DNA of 64,000 bases. It comes from Candidatus Latescibacterota bacterium (GTDB taxonomy: Bacteria; Latescibacterota; UBA2968; UBA8231). Shown here in pieces: positions 21,972 through 32,445 of this stretch. The translations under genes and the position numbers were made by a program. Where the stretch lies: assembly GCA_965206595.1 (NCBI GenBank), contig OZ242214.1, positions 5,408,001 to 5,472,000 of the forward strand. Reading direction: 5' to 3'. The notes under the pieces are model-generated. The model did not search any database. It was not told the origin of the DNA and was given only the letters and a program-made list of their open reading frames with translations. Each line of letters begins with the position of its first letter. The stretch's first letter is position 1.

Positions 21972-24218
21972 CTACTTCTCCCGGTCGTCCTGCAGCGGCA
22001 CCAGGCACCCTTCCATCCGGTTCCGTCGCAGCAGCACGTTCCGGCATCCTGCGTCGACCAGTATCCCGAGGTCGGAGTTCTCCACCCGGTTCCCCTCGAC
22101 CACCACGTTCTCCGTCGCCCCGTCGCTGTTCGCGCCGACAACCACTTCGATCTGCGCGTTGTTGTGGAGGTGGTTGTTGCGCAGGACGGAGCCGAAGTGC
22201 AGGCTCGGCAGGGTGCCCTCGACGCTGAGGCGCGCCGGATAAACCAGGGGATCCTCGAAACGGTAGCAGTTGCCCTCGCGGATCTCGTTGCCGAGGAACT
22301 GGAGATAGAGGTTGGGCTGGACTCCTCCCGTGTAGGAGAACCCGTAGGCGCGGAACCCGTCGCTGCGCCAGCTGCGGTTGTTGGCGACGATGTGCTCGGT
22401 GGCGGTGCCGTAGAACTGGATGGCGATGCCGGCGTCGCGGGTCTCGTTGTCGTAGAAGATGTAACGCCGGTGGGTCATGGTGACGGTGACGCGCGAGGTC
22501 TCGTCCAGCGGGACCACGAACGGCCGGTCGAGCTGCACCCGCCTCCCGTCCCATGACTTCACGGAGCGGTACTGGCCGCGCCCGCGTCCGGCGATGACGG
22601 CGACGAGGGTGTTTGTCCAGTGCCGGTGATGCCACTTCGGGTCGTCCGCCAGCAGGATCCAGTCACCCTCGACCTCGGCCACGGGGCCGAAGTACGCCCC
22701 GCCGCCGGCGTCGGAGGTGAATGCCTCCCGGTCCCAGCCGTTCATGTTCTCGTAGCTGTTGTGGGCGGTGTAGATGTTGCGGGAGACCCCCCGGGTGAAG
22801 CAGGCGTAGCCGCCTCCGGTCGCCATCAGGTCGGCGCCGGCGATGCGGTTGTGTTCGAAGACGATGTTCTCACAGCCGTTGAAATTCATCCAACCCGAGC
22901 GCCCGTTGTAGAAGATGTTGTTGGCCACCAGGGCCCCGACCGCGTAATGGAGGTAGATGGAGCGCTCGGAGCCGTACACGTCGCAGTCCGTTATGCGGAT
23001 GTCGGGGCCGCTCAGGCGGATGGTGTCGCGCGGCCCGGGAGTGCGGGCGCGCTCCTCCTGCTTGTCCGGCGAATGGTGGCCCCTGAAGGAGTCCGCCCGC
23101 ACCCGCACCCGGGTCAGGCGCACGTGGCCGGCGGTCTCCGGGTCCTCTATGGGGGCGGCCGGGGTGTGGACGGCCGCGGCCGTGTTGTTGGAGATGACGT
23201 GGTAGTGGTGGTTGCAGTAGAAGGTGAGATCCTCGATGGCGAAGTGGTGGGATCCTTCGATCCAGGCGTCGGGGGGATCGTCGGTGTCCGCCATGCAGAG
23301 GGCGGTCAGCTCGCGCCCGGCGCCGCGCAGGGTGACGTGCGGCGGGATCACCAGCTTCTCGCTGACGACGAAGCGGCCCCTGGGTATCAGCACGACAGCC
23401 CCGCCGCGTTCACCAGCCTCCTTCAGCGCCGCCTTGATGGCCGCGGTGTCGTCCTCCTTGTCGTCCCCGGCGGCCCCGAAAGCGGCCACGTCGAGCAGGG
23501 GTTGGTCCTTCTCGTCTTCCCGGTGAAGGACCGCGATGTCGAGCGGCTCGCTCCAGGCCTGCTCGCCGCCGTGGCCGTTGTGCACGAACAGCTCGTAGCG
23601 GCCCGGGGTCAGCTCTTCCGGCACCGTCACCGCCAGGGAGAAAGGCTCGGCTTTCTCCGGTTGCAGCAGCGTCACGCGCCCGTCATCGGAGCGGAGGGCG
23701 ACGGCCGGCTCCCTCTCACCCAGCTTCAGACAGCGCCCGACGATGCGCAGGCCGCCCCCGGCATGGACGGCGCCGTCCTCGAGGCGCCACTCGCCGAAAG
23801 GGGTGCGGTCGGTGACGGCGTCGCCGAGCGTCCACCAGGGCACCGGCAGGTTGATGCGCCCGGAGCCCGCGGTTCCGGCTCCGGAATGCAGGGCGTAGAA
23901 GAACACGCCCTGCTCATCCGCGGGCAGCTCGAACATCAGGGCGGTCTCGCTCGCCTGCAGCGGCTTCACCGCTTCGGGCAGGTCCCGGTCCGCGGGGAGC
24001 TTCCAGGGCCGGCCCGAAGGCTCGCCGGGTTTCTGGTCCGGAAGCCGCTCCAGCGCAACCTCCAGGTCGTCGGGCTGCGGGAAAAAGCCGCACATCATGA
24101 CGGTCTCCCCGGGCTGAACCGGGGCCGAGACCCAGTAGACCGCGGGATCTTCGGCGAGCGCCGCGGAGCCGGCCAGGGCGGAGGCAACTACGGCTGACGG
24201 GAGATACGAGGGAATCAT
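21972..24218 (-). CDS. Secreted pectin-lyase-like right-handed beta-helix protein with an N-terminal Ig-like region
   Basis: Signal peptide; DVAAFGAAGDDKEDDTAAIKAAL...IPRGRF...LRGAG opening motif; Asn-ladder repeats. Confidence 0.8.
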   Translation of the reverse strand: MIPSYLPSAVVASALAGSAALAEDPAVYWVSAPVQPGETVMMCGFFPQPDDLEVALERLPDQKPGEPSGRPWKLPADRDLPEAVKPLQASETALMFELPADEQGVFFYALHSGAGTAGSGRINLPVPWWTLGDAVTDRTPFGEWRLEDGAVHAGGGLRIVGRCLKLGEREPAVALRSDDGRVTLLQPEKAEPFSLAVTVPEELTPGRYELFVHNGHGGEQAWSEPLDIAVLHREDEKDQPLLDVAAFGAAGDDKEDDTAAIKAALKEAGERGGAVVLIPRGRFVVSEKLVIPPHVTLRGAGRELTALCMADTDDPPDAWIEGSHHFAIEDLTFYCNHHYHVISNNTAAAVHTPAAPIEDPETAGHVRLTRVRVRADSFRGHHSPDKQEERARTPGPRDTIRLSGPDIRITDCDVYGSERSIYLHYAVGALVANNIFYNGRSGWMNFNGCENIVFEHNRIAGADLMATGGGYACFTRGVSRNIYTAHNSYENMNGWDREAFTSDAGGGAYFGPVAEVEGDWILLADDPKWHHRHWTNTLVAVIAGRGRGQYRSVKSWDGRRVQLDRPFVVPLDETSRVTVTMTHRRYIFYDNETRDAGIAIQFYGTATEHIVANNRSWRSDGFRAYGFSYTGGVQPNLYLQFLGNEIREGNCYRFEDPLVYPARLSVEGTLPSLHFGSVLRNNHLHNNAQIEVVVGANSDGATENVVVEGNRVENSDLGILVDAGCRNVLLRRNRMEGCLVPLQDDREK

Positions 24219-24513
24219 TCAGGCCATCCTTTCATTCGGTAACAGCCGGGCGTCGGCGCCCGGCTGGAAACCGGAGAGCTGCGGTGGGTATCGAGGCAGG
24301 TTCGGCGAAATTGAGATCGGCCGCTCCCTGCTACCGGTTACAGAAGGTCCCTGGTACCGAACCGCCAGAACGCCAGCAGAAGGAAAATAACCGCGACATC
24401 GAGTGCGCAGAGCGTCAGCATCGTGCTTCCGATCCAGAGGGAAGCGCCGGAGCACGGGATAACCATATGTGAAAATCCGGATGGAAACGACAGGCCAGGA
24501 CAACCCTTCGAAT

Positions 24514-24552
24514 TTGTTGCAACAACAAGACTATACTGGCATTTTACTGCCA
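24514..24552 (+). promoter_or_regulatory. Putative abiE promoter/operator
   Basis: Perfect palindrome TTGTTGCAACAA (24514-24525), -10 TATACT (24532-24537), and TGGCA-N6-TGCCA ending at the ATG. Confidence 0.5.
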
Positions 24553-25196
24553 TGAAATTTACGCGATTGCTCGATATCGTCGGCCACGAACCGGTCTTTG
24601 AGACCGGCCTGCTACTCTGCGGCGACGTCGATCCGGTGGATGTGCGCCGCCAGCTGTCGCGCTGGACCCGGAACGGGCAGCTCCACAAGCTGCGCCGGGG
24701 GCTGTACGCCCTGGCGCCGCCCTTCCGGAAGGTGAAACCCCATCCCTTTGTGGTTGCCAACCGCCTGGTGAGCGGTTCCTACGTGAGCTGCCAGGCGGCC
24801 CTGACCCACCACCACCTGATTCCGGAGTTCACGCCGGTGGTCACCAGCGTCTGCACCGGAAGGCCCGGCCGCCGGATTACTCCCCTGGTCCGGTGCGAAT
24901 TTCGCCACCTCGGGCATCGCCTCCTGTACGGCTACCACCAAGTCGACCTCGGAGACGGACAACAGGCTTTCGTGGCCAGCCCGGAGAAAGCCCTGCTGGA
25001 CCTCGTTCACCTGCAACCCGGGGGGGACGGGACCTCCTACCTGCAGGGATTGCGCCTGCAGAATCTTCACCTGCTGGATGCGGGTGAACTGCAGCGTCTC
25101 GCACGCCGTGTGGGAAGTCCCAAGCTCATGCGGGCGGCGGCCAACGTGGTTTCGCTGATGGAGAAGGAAGCCCTGGAGGAGTACGAGACCCTGTGA
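24552..25196 (+). CDS. Type IV TA antitoxin, AbiEi family
   Basis: wHTH QLSRWTRNGQLHKLRRGLY; SYVSCQAAL..H.LIPE; ASPEKALLD. Confidence 0.85.
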   Translation: MKFTRLLDIVGHEPVFETGLLLCGDVDPVDVRRQLSRWTRNGQLHKLRRGLYALAPPFRKVKPHPFVVANRLVSGSYVSCQAALTHHHLIPEFTPVVTSVCTGRPGRRITPLVRCEFRHLGHRLLYGYHQVDLGDGQQAFVASPEKALLDLVHLQPGGDGTSYLQGLRLQNLHLLDAGELQRLARRVGSPKLMRAAANVVSLMEKEALEEYETL

Positions 25197-26005
25197 AGGA
25201 GTACCTGGTCCAGCGCGTGGCCAGCGCGCGAACCGCCGTCCACGGCCGCAACCTGGTGCGCGAGTACCTGCAGGCTCGCATCCTCGGCAGTCTCCAGCGC
25301 GCCGGAGCCATGATTTCGCTGGCCTTCCAGGGCGGCACCTCGCTGCGTTTTCTCTACTCCATTCCGCGCTACTCGGAGGACCTGGACTTCGCGCTGGAGC
25401 GCCCGCAGGCCCTCTACGATCTACGAGGGTACATGCGAGGTATCCGGACAGAGCTGGCAGCGGAAGGGTACGCCGTGGAACTGAAGGTGAACGACAGCAA
25501 GGCGGTGCATTCCGGTATCGTCCGTTTTGCCGGGCTGCTGCACGAGTTGGGGCTGTCGCCTCACCCGGGGGAGGTGCTCTCCATTCGCATCGAGGTGGAC
25601 ACCCGTCCTCCGGCCGGGGCCGTGCTGGCCACCACGTTGATCCGGCGCCACGTCACCCTGCGGCTGCAGCACCATGATCGGGCCTCGCTTCTTGCGGGGA
25701 AGCTGCACGCCGTGCTGCAGCGGCCTTACCCCAAGGGGCGCGACTTCTACGATCTTCTCTGGTACCTGAGCGATCCCGGCTGGCCGCAGCCCAACCTCGT
25801 GTTGCTCGGCAACGCCCTGGAACAGAGCGGGTGGAAGGGAAGCCTTCCGGCGGAACGCACCTGGCGGGGAATCCTCCGCGACCGGTTGAAGGCACTGGAC
25901 TGGGGGAGATTGACGGCCGATGTCGGGCCGTTCCTCGAGCCGGGCACCGGGACCGAGCTGATGAAAAGGGAAAACCTGGAGCTTGTCCTGGGCGCGGAGC
26001 CGTGA
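25193..26005 (+). CDS. Type IV TA toxin, AbiEii/AbiGii nucleotidyltransferase
   Basis: FQGGTSLRFLY...RYSEDLDF, KLHA and KGRDFYDL; GTGA overlap with the antitoxin. Confidence 0.9.
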   Translation: MKEYLVQRVASARTAVHGRNLVREYLQARILGSLQRAGAMISLAFQGGTSLRFLYSIPRYSEDLDFALERPQALYDLRGYMRGIRTELAAEGYAVELKVNDSKAVHSGIVRFAGLLHELGLSPHPGEVLSIRIEVDTRPPAGAVLATTLIRRHVTLRLQHHDRASLLAGKLHAVLQRPYPKGRDFYDLLWYLSDPGWPQPNLVLLGNALEQSGWKGSLPAERTWRGILRDRLKALDWGRLTADVGPFLEPGTGTELMKRENLELVLGAEP

Positions 26006-26096
26006 AGAAGCCGTTGCCGGCCCGTCGAGTGCAGGTTGTAAGTCTGACAGCACACGACTACGGAGACCATGGAAGGATCGGTTCCAACTGAACCGG

Positions 26097-26333
26097 TCAT
26101 CGAAACGCCGCACCGGGCTCCAGGCCAAGTATTGCCAGGCACCTCTGTGCCAGCTCATCCACACTGGCTGCATTTACATCCATACTGACCAGTCCATGCC
26201 GCCCGACTGCTTCCATCATTTGCGCGTTGTAGAGCAGGCTGCGTGCCAGAAACTTGTCCACCAGGATCCTTTCGCTGCGGGGCGGAGGCTTGTGTACGCC
26301 ACCGTTCCGAGTGCAATTAACCGGATTGGTCAT
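26097..26333 (-). pseudogene. Probable 3' gene fragment of unknown family
   Basis: Protein-like C-terminal helices (ILVDKFLARSLLYNAQMMEAV...VDELAQRCLAILGL) without a convincing start. Confidence 0.3.
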
Positions 26334-26357
26334 CGCGGCCCTCCGCGCGTGGACGGG

Positions 26358-27434
26358 TCAGTTGCCGACGAGGTGCACGCTGCCGGAGCCGGTGTCGATG
26401 ACGATCCTGCCCCGGCCGTCGCCGATCAGACCGCGCAAATGGTTCCGGCTCACGGACCGGACCCGGACCGGTATGTCCGAATCGATGCCTCCGCTGCCAG
26501 TGTCGATCTCGATGGCCGCGCCGAAATCGGCAGGAACTGATACTGTGACCGACCCGGAACCGGTATCAACACCGAGCGTATCGACGTCGGTGAGGAGTTC
26601 GAGCTCGACCGACCCGGAGCCGGTGTCAACCGCAATGTCGGGGGACGCAACGCCCTTCAGTTTTACGCTCCCGGAGCCAGTGTCGACGATCAAACGCCGG
26701 GCCTCTACCGCGCGGGCGCTCACGCCCCCGGATCCGGTATCGAGCTCGACTTTGGCGCCTGCGGTCAGGTTCTCCACGTCGATGCTTCCCGATCCGGTAT
26801 CGACGCTCAAGTTTCCGCCCATGCCGCTGACGCGCACCTTCCCGGCGCCTGTATCGATCGCAAGGGCGCCTGACATGGCGGTGGCAGTCACGGATCCTGC
26901 TCCCATGTCGAGGTCCAGGCGGCCGTCGACCCCGCGCGCCTCGATGGCGCCTGCGCCGAGATACACCGCGGCGCGCTGCCCGACAGGCACCTCGATCACA
27001 AGGTCCGCCCAAGCCTCGATCCCATCTCCGGAACCCCAAATGGTGACGCGGTCTCCGCCCCAACCGAGCAAAGCGAAAAGGGCGGAAACCGCGTCGGGAA
27101 AGGTTCCGTCGGCGGCTACGATCAGGTTTTTGCGGGAGCCCCCGAACCCCGGATAGACGATCTCGTCTCCTGGATAAACGACCCGCAGCGTCTGGCGGCC
27201 GCGGATCTCGCCGGTCTCGACGCGCAGTCGTCCGGCGTCATTGCCGCCACGACTTACGCGAACCACGACATCGGCGCCCTCTCCGCGCACGATCTCCATG
27301 CGGCCGGCCAGGTTGTAGACAGCGACCTCCGACCCGCGGAGCCGCTCGACTTCCTGCGCCGCCAGTACCCGCGGCGGCGGCGCGAGCGCCAGCACCCCCA
27401 GCATCGTCCACAACCTCCACTTTTTCGTCGTCAT
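26358..27434 (-). CDS. DUF4097-family beta-strand repeat protein, secreted
   Basis: Start MTTKKWRL at 27434 with SD GAGGA; signal peptide; many DTGSGSV/I repeats. Confidence 0.88.
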   Translation of the reverse strand: MTTKKWRLWTMLGVLALAPPPRVLAAQEVERLRGSEVAVYNLAGRMEIVRGEGADVVVRVSRGGNDAGRLRVETGEIRGRQTLRVVYPGDEIVYPGFGGSRKNLIVAADGTFPDAVSALFALLGWGGDRVTIWGSGDGIEAWADLVIEVPVGQRAAVYLGAGAIEARGVDGRLDLDMGAGSVTATAMSGALAIDTGAGKVRVSGMGGNLSVDTGSGSIDVENLTAGAKVELDTGSGGVSARAVEARRLIVDTGSGSVKLKGVASPDIAVDTGSGSVELELLTDVDTLGVDTGSGSVTVSVPADFGAAIEIDTGSGGIDSDIPVRVRSVSRNHLRGLIGDGRGRIVIDTGSGSVHLVGN

Positions 27435-27466
27435 CGTTTTCCTCCTTTGCGGCCGGTAGCCTGGAC

Positions 27467-29913
27467 TCACTCGTAGCGCAGACTGTCGGCCGGCGACCTC
27501 AGCGCCGCTCCGGCCGATTGCAAAGCGACCAGTAGCAGGGTCAGTGTCATTACAACACCTGTGGCGAGAAGAAAAACCCACGGAGCCAGTTCGATTCGAT
27601 AGGCGAAGCCCTCGAGCCAGCTCTGCAACGCCATGTAGCTCAGCGGCCAGCTGACGGCGCTTGCCAAGCCGAGAAGAACCGTCGATTCCGCCGCCATCAG
27701 CTTCACGACCTGAGCGGCCGTTGCCCCCAGCACCTTGCGGATCCCGATCTCCCTGGTGCGCCGGGTCACCGCCATGGTCACCTGCCCCAACAGACCAAGA
27801 CAGGTTATCACGACCACAAACCCGGCCGAAAGACCGACGATTCTCGTCCAGCGTTCTTCCTCCCTGTACTGCGCTTCCAGGTTTGCATCGAGAAAAGACC
27901 ATTCGAACGGATCTTCGGGAACCACACTGCTCCAGGCCTCCTCGAGTTCGCGCAGCACCTGCTTTACGGTCCCGGGCTGGATGCGCACGAACACATGGTA
28001 CAATCCGTGATAGGCCGGGTTCTGTGTAAGGAACAGCGGTTGAATCCTCCGATGCAGCGGGTCGAAATGGAAGTCTTTCACAACGCCGATCACGGTCGGT
28101 TGCAGCGCTTCGTTGACTTTCGAGACCGGCAGGGTGCGGCCTACTGGATCGGACCATCCCAGGATGTCCGCGAGGTGTTCATTGATGATGGCCATTTCCT
28201 CGGCGTCCGCTGCGCGCTCTGCGTCGAAGTTCCTTCCTGAGACCAGTTCCATCCCGAGGGTAGGCAGGTAGCCCGGGTCCACGCGGACAACTCTGACATG
28301 TTGAGTTGTGCCCCCATCTGCGTTCTCCAGCCCGATCGATTGGCTCCCGCTGGTGAAAGAGAGGTCACTCGCTCCTGTGCTCACTACGGAACCCAGCCCG
28401 TTGGCCGCAACCTGGAAACGCGTTGCCACATCCTCGTCCGGCACCGGCACGACGACTACGTGTTCGCGGTCGAAACCCAATTCCCTGGTGCGCAGGAATC
28501 CCACTGGCGCACTACCATCACCGAGCTGGCAATCAGCCCGATGGCCAAGCCGTACTGGAGCACCAGCATGCCCTGCATGAAACGCCAACGCCGCGGCCTG
28601 CCGTCTTGCCCCTTCAGTACCGCTACTGCTGGAGGCCGGGACAGCACCATCGCCGGATACCACCCGGCGGCCGCGCCCGTCGCCAGGAGCATCCCCAGCA
28701 GGAACGCTGGACCGCGCCAGCCTTCCAGTTGCGACATCGACAGTGGCTTCTCGACCAGCGCGGCGAAAGCAGGCAACACCATGCCTGCCACAGCGATTCC
28801 AGAAACAGCCGCCCCGAATACCAGTACCAGCGCCTCGCCCCAGAACTGTTGTATCAATTGCTTCCGCCTCGCCCCCATGACCTTGCGGATACCGATTTCC
28901 AGCGCACGACCGGCCGACGAGGCGATCGACAGGGTGGTGAAATTGATGCACGCCACCAGCAGCACCAGCACCCCCATCCCCGACAGCAAATAGGCGTAGG
29001 TCGCACTCCCCAACTCGACATAGCGGCTGCCGACACCGAGGTCGAAATGCATCTTCCCAAGAGGCTGCAAGAGGATGGTATACGTCCCCAGACGCTCGTC
29101 GGTGAAGTGGGCCTTCAATTGCCTCGACACCTCTGAGAGGACCTCGGGGGGCACAGAGGAGGGGATTCCGCTTTGAATGAGCGCAAGAAGCTGTGCCCGA
29201 ATCAGCTCGGTCATTGCATTCTCGACGCCTTGGACATCGGTTCCTTCCTCGAGTTCGACGAAGATCGAGGTCTCTCCAACGTTGTTGCGGTCGAGGAAGT
29301 AACCCGAACGATTCTCATAGGAGACGAGATAGTCGAAGCGCAGGCTCGAAGGCGCCGGAACATCCTCGACAACGCCGGTAACGACGTGGTCTCTTCCTTG
29401 CACAGAGATGGTTCGGCCGATGACGCCGGCGAGTCCAGCTCCATGCTCGCCGAAAAGTCGCGCCGCTGCGGTTCTGCTGATCACGACTGCATCCCGGCGC
29501 TCGATCACTGTAGCCGGATCACCGTGCAGGAGCGGAAAGCTGAAAACTTCGAGAAAATCCGGGCTGACCAGACCGATCTACTCGTCCAGCACCGAGTCCT
29601 TCCAGCGCACCCGCGCCGTGGAGCGAAGAAACGCCGCCACCCTGCTCACGCCGGCTACGTTCTCGGCAACTGCGGGCGTCATCGCACCAGGAAGCAGCGT
29701 GCCGGTTTTCTTTTCGCTCCCGTCCTCGAGCAGAAGCCTGTAGATCCGTTCGCCCTTCTCGTGAAAGGCGTCGTGGCGCAACTCGTGATCGACGTACAGG
29801 TAGATCAGCGTGCAGCAGGCGACCCCGATGCTCAGTCCGAACAGGTTGATGAAACTGTAGCTCTTGTGCCGCAACAGCGTGCGGAGGGCAACGAGCAGAT
29901 AGATGCGCAGCAT
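27467..29913 (-). pseudogene. MacB/FtsX-like ABC permease, disrupted
   Basis: In-frame TAG at 29578-29580 (DE*IGLVSPDFLEVF continues in frame) and a 1-bp deletion near 28497 (QWD/FLRTRELGFD). Carries R.LEIGIRKVMGA, RTREIGIRKVLGA and a terminal LRYE. Confidence 0.88.
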
Positions 29914-29955
29914 CCTGAATCTCCTTCGTCTAGGTTGCGTTACTCTCGAGCATGA

Positions 29956-32424
29956 CTATTCGTAGCGCAGGGCGTAGACGGGGTCGGCATTGGCGGCCCT
30001 GTAGGCCTGATGGCCGGAGCTGATCAAAACGGCGACGAGTGCAAACGCAGCGCCAGCGGTAAAATGCCACGCCGACAGGTCGATGCGTAATGCGAAGCCG
30101 TTCAGCCAATCGCGCATCCACCACCAGGACAGGGGCCACGCCACCGCGGAGCCAATCAGGGCGAGAAATGCAAACTCGCGGGTCATCAGCCCGGTGAGGC
30201 CGAGGACGCTGGCACCGAGGGCCTTGCGGATGCCGATTTCCCTGGTGCGGCGACCGGCGGCGAGGGCGGTGAGCGCAAAGGCACCAAGGGCGGAGATGAG
30301 CACGGCGCCGGCGGCCGCCCAGGTGATGAGTCGCCGCCAGCGCAGTTCGTCGCGGTAGGCCGCCTTCAGGTCCTGTTGCAGGAAGGAGAAGTGGAAGTCC
30401 GCGTGATCGACGATTCGGGTCCACGTCTCTTCCATGTAGCGGATGACCTCCTGCAGGTCTCCCGGCTTCACGCGCACGAGCATGAGGTCGGCTTCGTACA
30501 TGTCCGGCCCCAGGTAGGGGTTGAGCAGCAGCAGGCCCGGCGGGCCCTCCTCGTAGCCCGACTCGAAGGTGAAGTCCTTGACGACGCCGATGATCCGGAA
30601 CTGCCCCCGGGAGTGGCGTTCCGAGCGCGATGCGCGCACTAGCTCGATCGTCTCTCCCAAGGGGTCGGCGAGTCCCAGACGCGCCGCGGCGCTCTCGGAT
30701 ATAAGGGCGAGATGCGACTTGTCTCCCTGGTCCACCGAGAAGTCGCGGCCTCGCAGCAGCTCCAGGTCCATGGTCTGCACGAAGTGGTGGTCCACCACGT
30801 AGTGACGGACCTTCGTCTCGCGGCCGCTCCCGGCCACGGCCAGGCGGTCGCTCCGGTGCCGATCCTGCAGGAAGTCGTCGTCCACCAGGGTGACCGAGGC
30901 GATGCGGTGATGCCGCAGAAAGTCCTCCACGAGGGCGGGATGGTCGGGGTACATGTCGTAGAGAGCGTCCGTGTGCACGGCGATGACCCGCTCCTGGTCC
31001 ATCCCCACGTCTCGCGCCATGACGTGCTCGAGCTGGTGGTACATGACCACGGTGCAGGTGATCAGGCCCGCGGAGATGGCCAGCTGCGCACAGACGAGCA
31101 CGCGGCTGAACCGCGGCGTTCCGGCCATGGAGACGCTTCGCCGGATCGCGCTCAGGGGCGCCAGCCGGGAGAGGACGAGGGCCGGATACCAGCCGGCCCC
31201 CAGGCTGACGAGCAGCAGCAGCGCCGCCAGCGCGGCCAGCATGCCCGGTTCGAGCAGGCCGAGGGAAAGCTCCTGGGCAAAGGTGGCGTTGAAGGCCGGC
31301 AGCAGCAGCGCCGCCAGCACGCACCCGGCACCGAGTCCGAGGACGGAGAGCACCCAAGACTCGCCGATGAACTGGCGGATCAGTTGGTCCCGTCCGGCGC
31401 CCACGGCCTTGCGCACGCCCACCTCGGGGGCCCGCTGAGAGGCGCGGCCGATGGCGAGGTTGACGAAGTTGATGCACCCCATCAGCAGGACCGCCAGGGC
31501 GATGCCGCCGAGCACGTAGGAGACGTACGGGTCCCTCGGTTCCACGACGCCGTGCCCGACCCATCGAAGCAGGCCCGTGTCCGAGCGCAGGTCGGTGAGG
31601 GGCTGCAGATGGAAGAGGGAGAAGTCCTCCGGGCTCTCCCCTCCTCCGGGCGGGAACAGGTTCCGGGTCACCTGCGCCAGGGCGGGCGCCACGTCGGCGG
31701 GGTCGGCGCCGGCCGCGAGCAGGACATAGGCATTGCAGGAGCCTTCCCACGCGTCCGGGGAGTCGTGGTAGAGAAGCTCCGTGTTGTCGAAGGGCAGCAG
31801 CATGTTGAAGCGGATCGACGAGGTCCGCGGGACCGGCGCGGCCACCCCGGTGACGATGAAGTCCTCCACATCGGCGGTGGCCATCGAGGCGATCGTCAGG
31901 CTCCGCCCCAGCGGATCGGCGTCACCGAAGAGGCGTTGAGCCATCTCGTGTCCCAGGACGACGGAGTTGCGCTCGGCCAGGGCCGTGGAGGCGTTCCCCC
32001 GCAGCAGCGGGAAGTCGAAGACCTCGAAGAACGAGGGATCGACGAGGAGGAATTCCTCGTCCCGGGAGCTGCCCGCGAAGGTCGTGCGCACCACGCGGTC
32101 GTCCCTGTCGCTCCCTCTGCCCGCGCTGAGACGCACCGTGCGCTCCACGTGTGGGGAGAGGGCCTCCAGTTCGGGCGCGAAAGCAAATTCAATCGCGTCG
32201 GCTATGCGCGGCACTCCCTCCTCCGGATTCATTGACTCGACATAAACGCGAGAGATCCGGTCCGCTTTGCTGTGGAAGCGATCGTACGACCACTCCTGAG
32301 AGGCAAAGCGCCAGGCGAGCAAGCAGAAAGCCATGCCCAGGCCCAGCCCGGCGAGGTTGACGGCGGTATGCAGTCGATGGCGCATCAGGTTGCGCCAGGC
32401 GACGATCAGATTGTTGCGCAGCAT
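29956..32424 (-). CDS. MacB/FtsX-like ABC transporter permease (duplicated architecture, 822 aa)
   Basis: MLRNNLIVAWRNL, INFVNL, EVGVRKAVGA, RTREIGIRKALGA and DPVYALRYE. Confidence 0.93.
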   Translation of the reverse strand: MLRNNLIVAWRNLMRHRLHTAVNLAGLGLGMAFCLLAWRFASQEWSYDRFHSKADRISRVYVESMNPEEGVPRIADAIEFAFAPELEALSPHVERTVRLSAGRGSDRDDRVVRTTFAGSSRDEEFLLVDPSFFEVFDFPLLRGNASTALAERNSVVLGHEMAQRLFGDADPLGRSLTIASMATADVEDFIVTGVAAPVPRTSSIRFNMLLPFDNTELLYHDSPDAWEGSCNAYVLLAAGADPADVAPALAQVTRNLFPPGGGESPEDFSLFHLQPLTDLRSDTGLLRWVGHGVVEPRDPYVSYVLGGIALAVLLMGCINFVNLAIGRASQRAPEVGVRKAVGAGRDQLIRQFIGESWVLSVLGLGAGCVLAALLLPAFNATFAQELSLGLLEPGMLAALAALLLLVSLGAGWYPALVLSRLAPLSAIRRSVSMAGTPRFSRVLVCAQLAISAGLITCTVVMYHQLEHVMARDVGMDQERVIAVHTDALYDMYPDHPALVEDFLRHHRIASVTLVDDDFLQDRHRSDRLAVAGSGRETKVRHYVVDHHFVQTMDLELLRGRDFSVDQGDKSHLALISESAAARLGLADPLGETIELVRASRSERHSRGQFRIIGVVKDFTFESGYEEGPPGLLLLNPYLGPDMYEADLMLVRVKPGDLQEVIRYMEETWTRIVDHADFHFSFLQQDLKAAYRDELRWRRLITWAAAGAVLISALGAFALTALAAGRRTREIGIRKALGASVLGLTGLMTREFAFLALIGSAVAWPLSWWWMRDWLNGFALRIDLSAWHFTAGAAFALVAVLISSGHQAYRAANADPVYALRYE

Positions 32425-32445
32425 CCGGGCCGGGCCTGAAGAAGG

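Noticed and set aside
26006-26100. Possible integron attC site after abiEii
   Set aside because: No paired RYYYAAC/GTTRRRY boxes with a convincing hairpin, and no integrase in the window.
26358-26920. Periodic GTCGA/CCGGA repeats as a CRISPR or DNA repeat array
   Set aside because: They encode the DTGSG repeats of the DUF4097 protein; there are no spacers or cas genes.
29578-29580. In-frame TAG (and the TAG near 46901) as amber recoding or pyrrolysine
   Set aside because: TAG ends ordinary genes here (ribH, ftsY, queG, pdxS), and both genes carry additional lesions.
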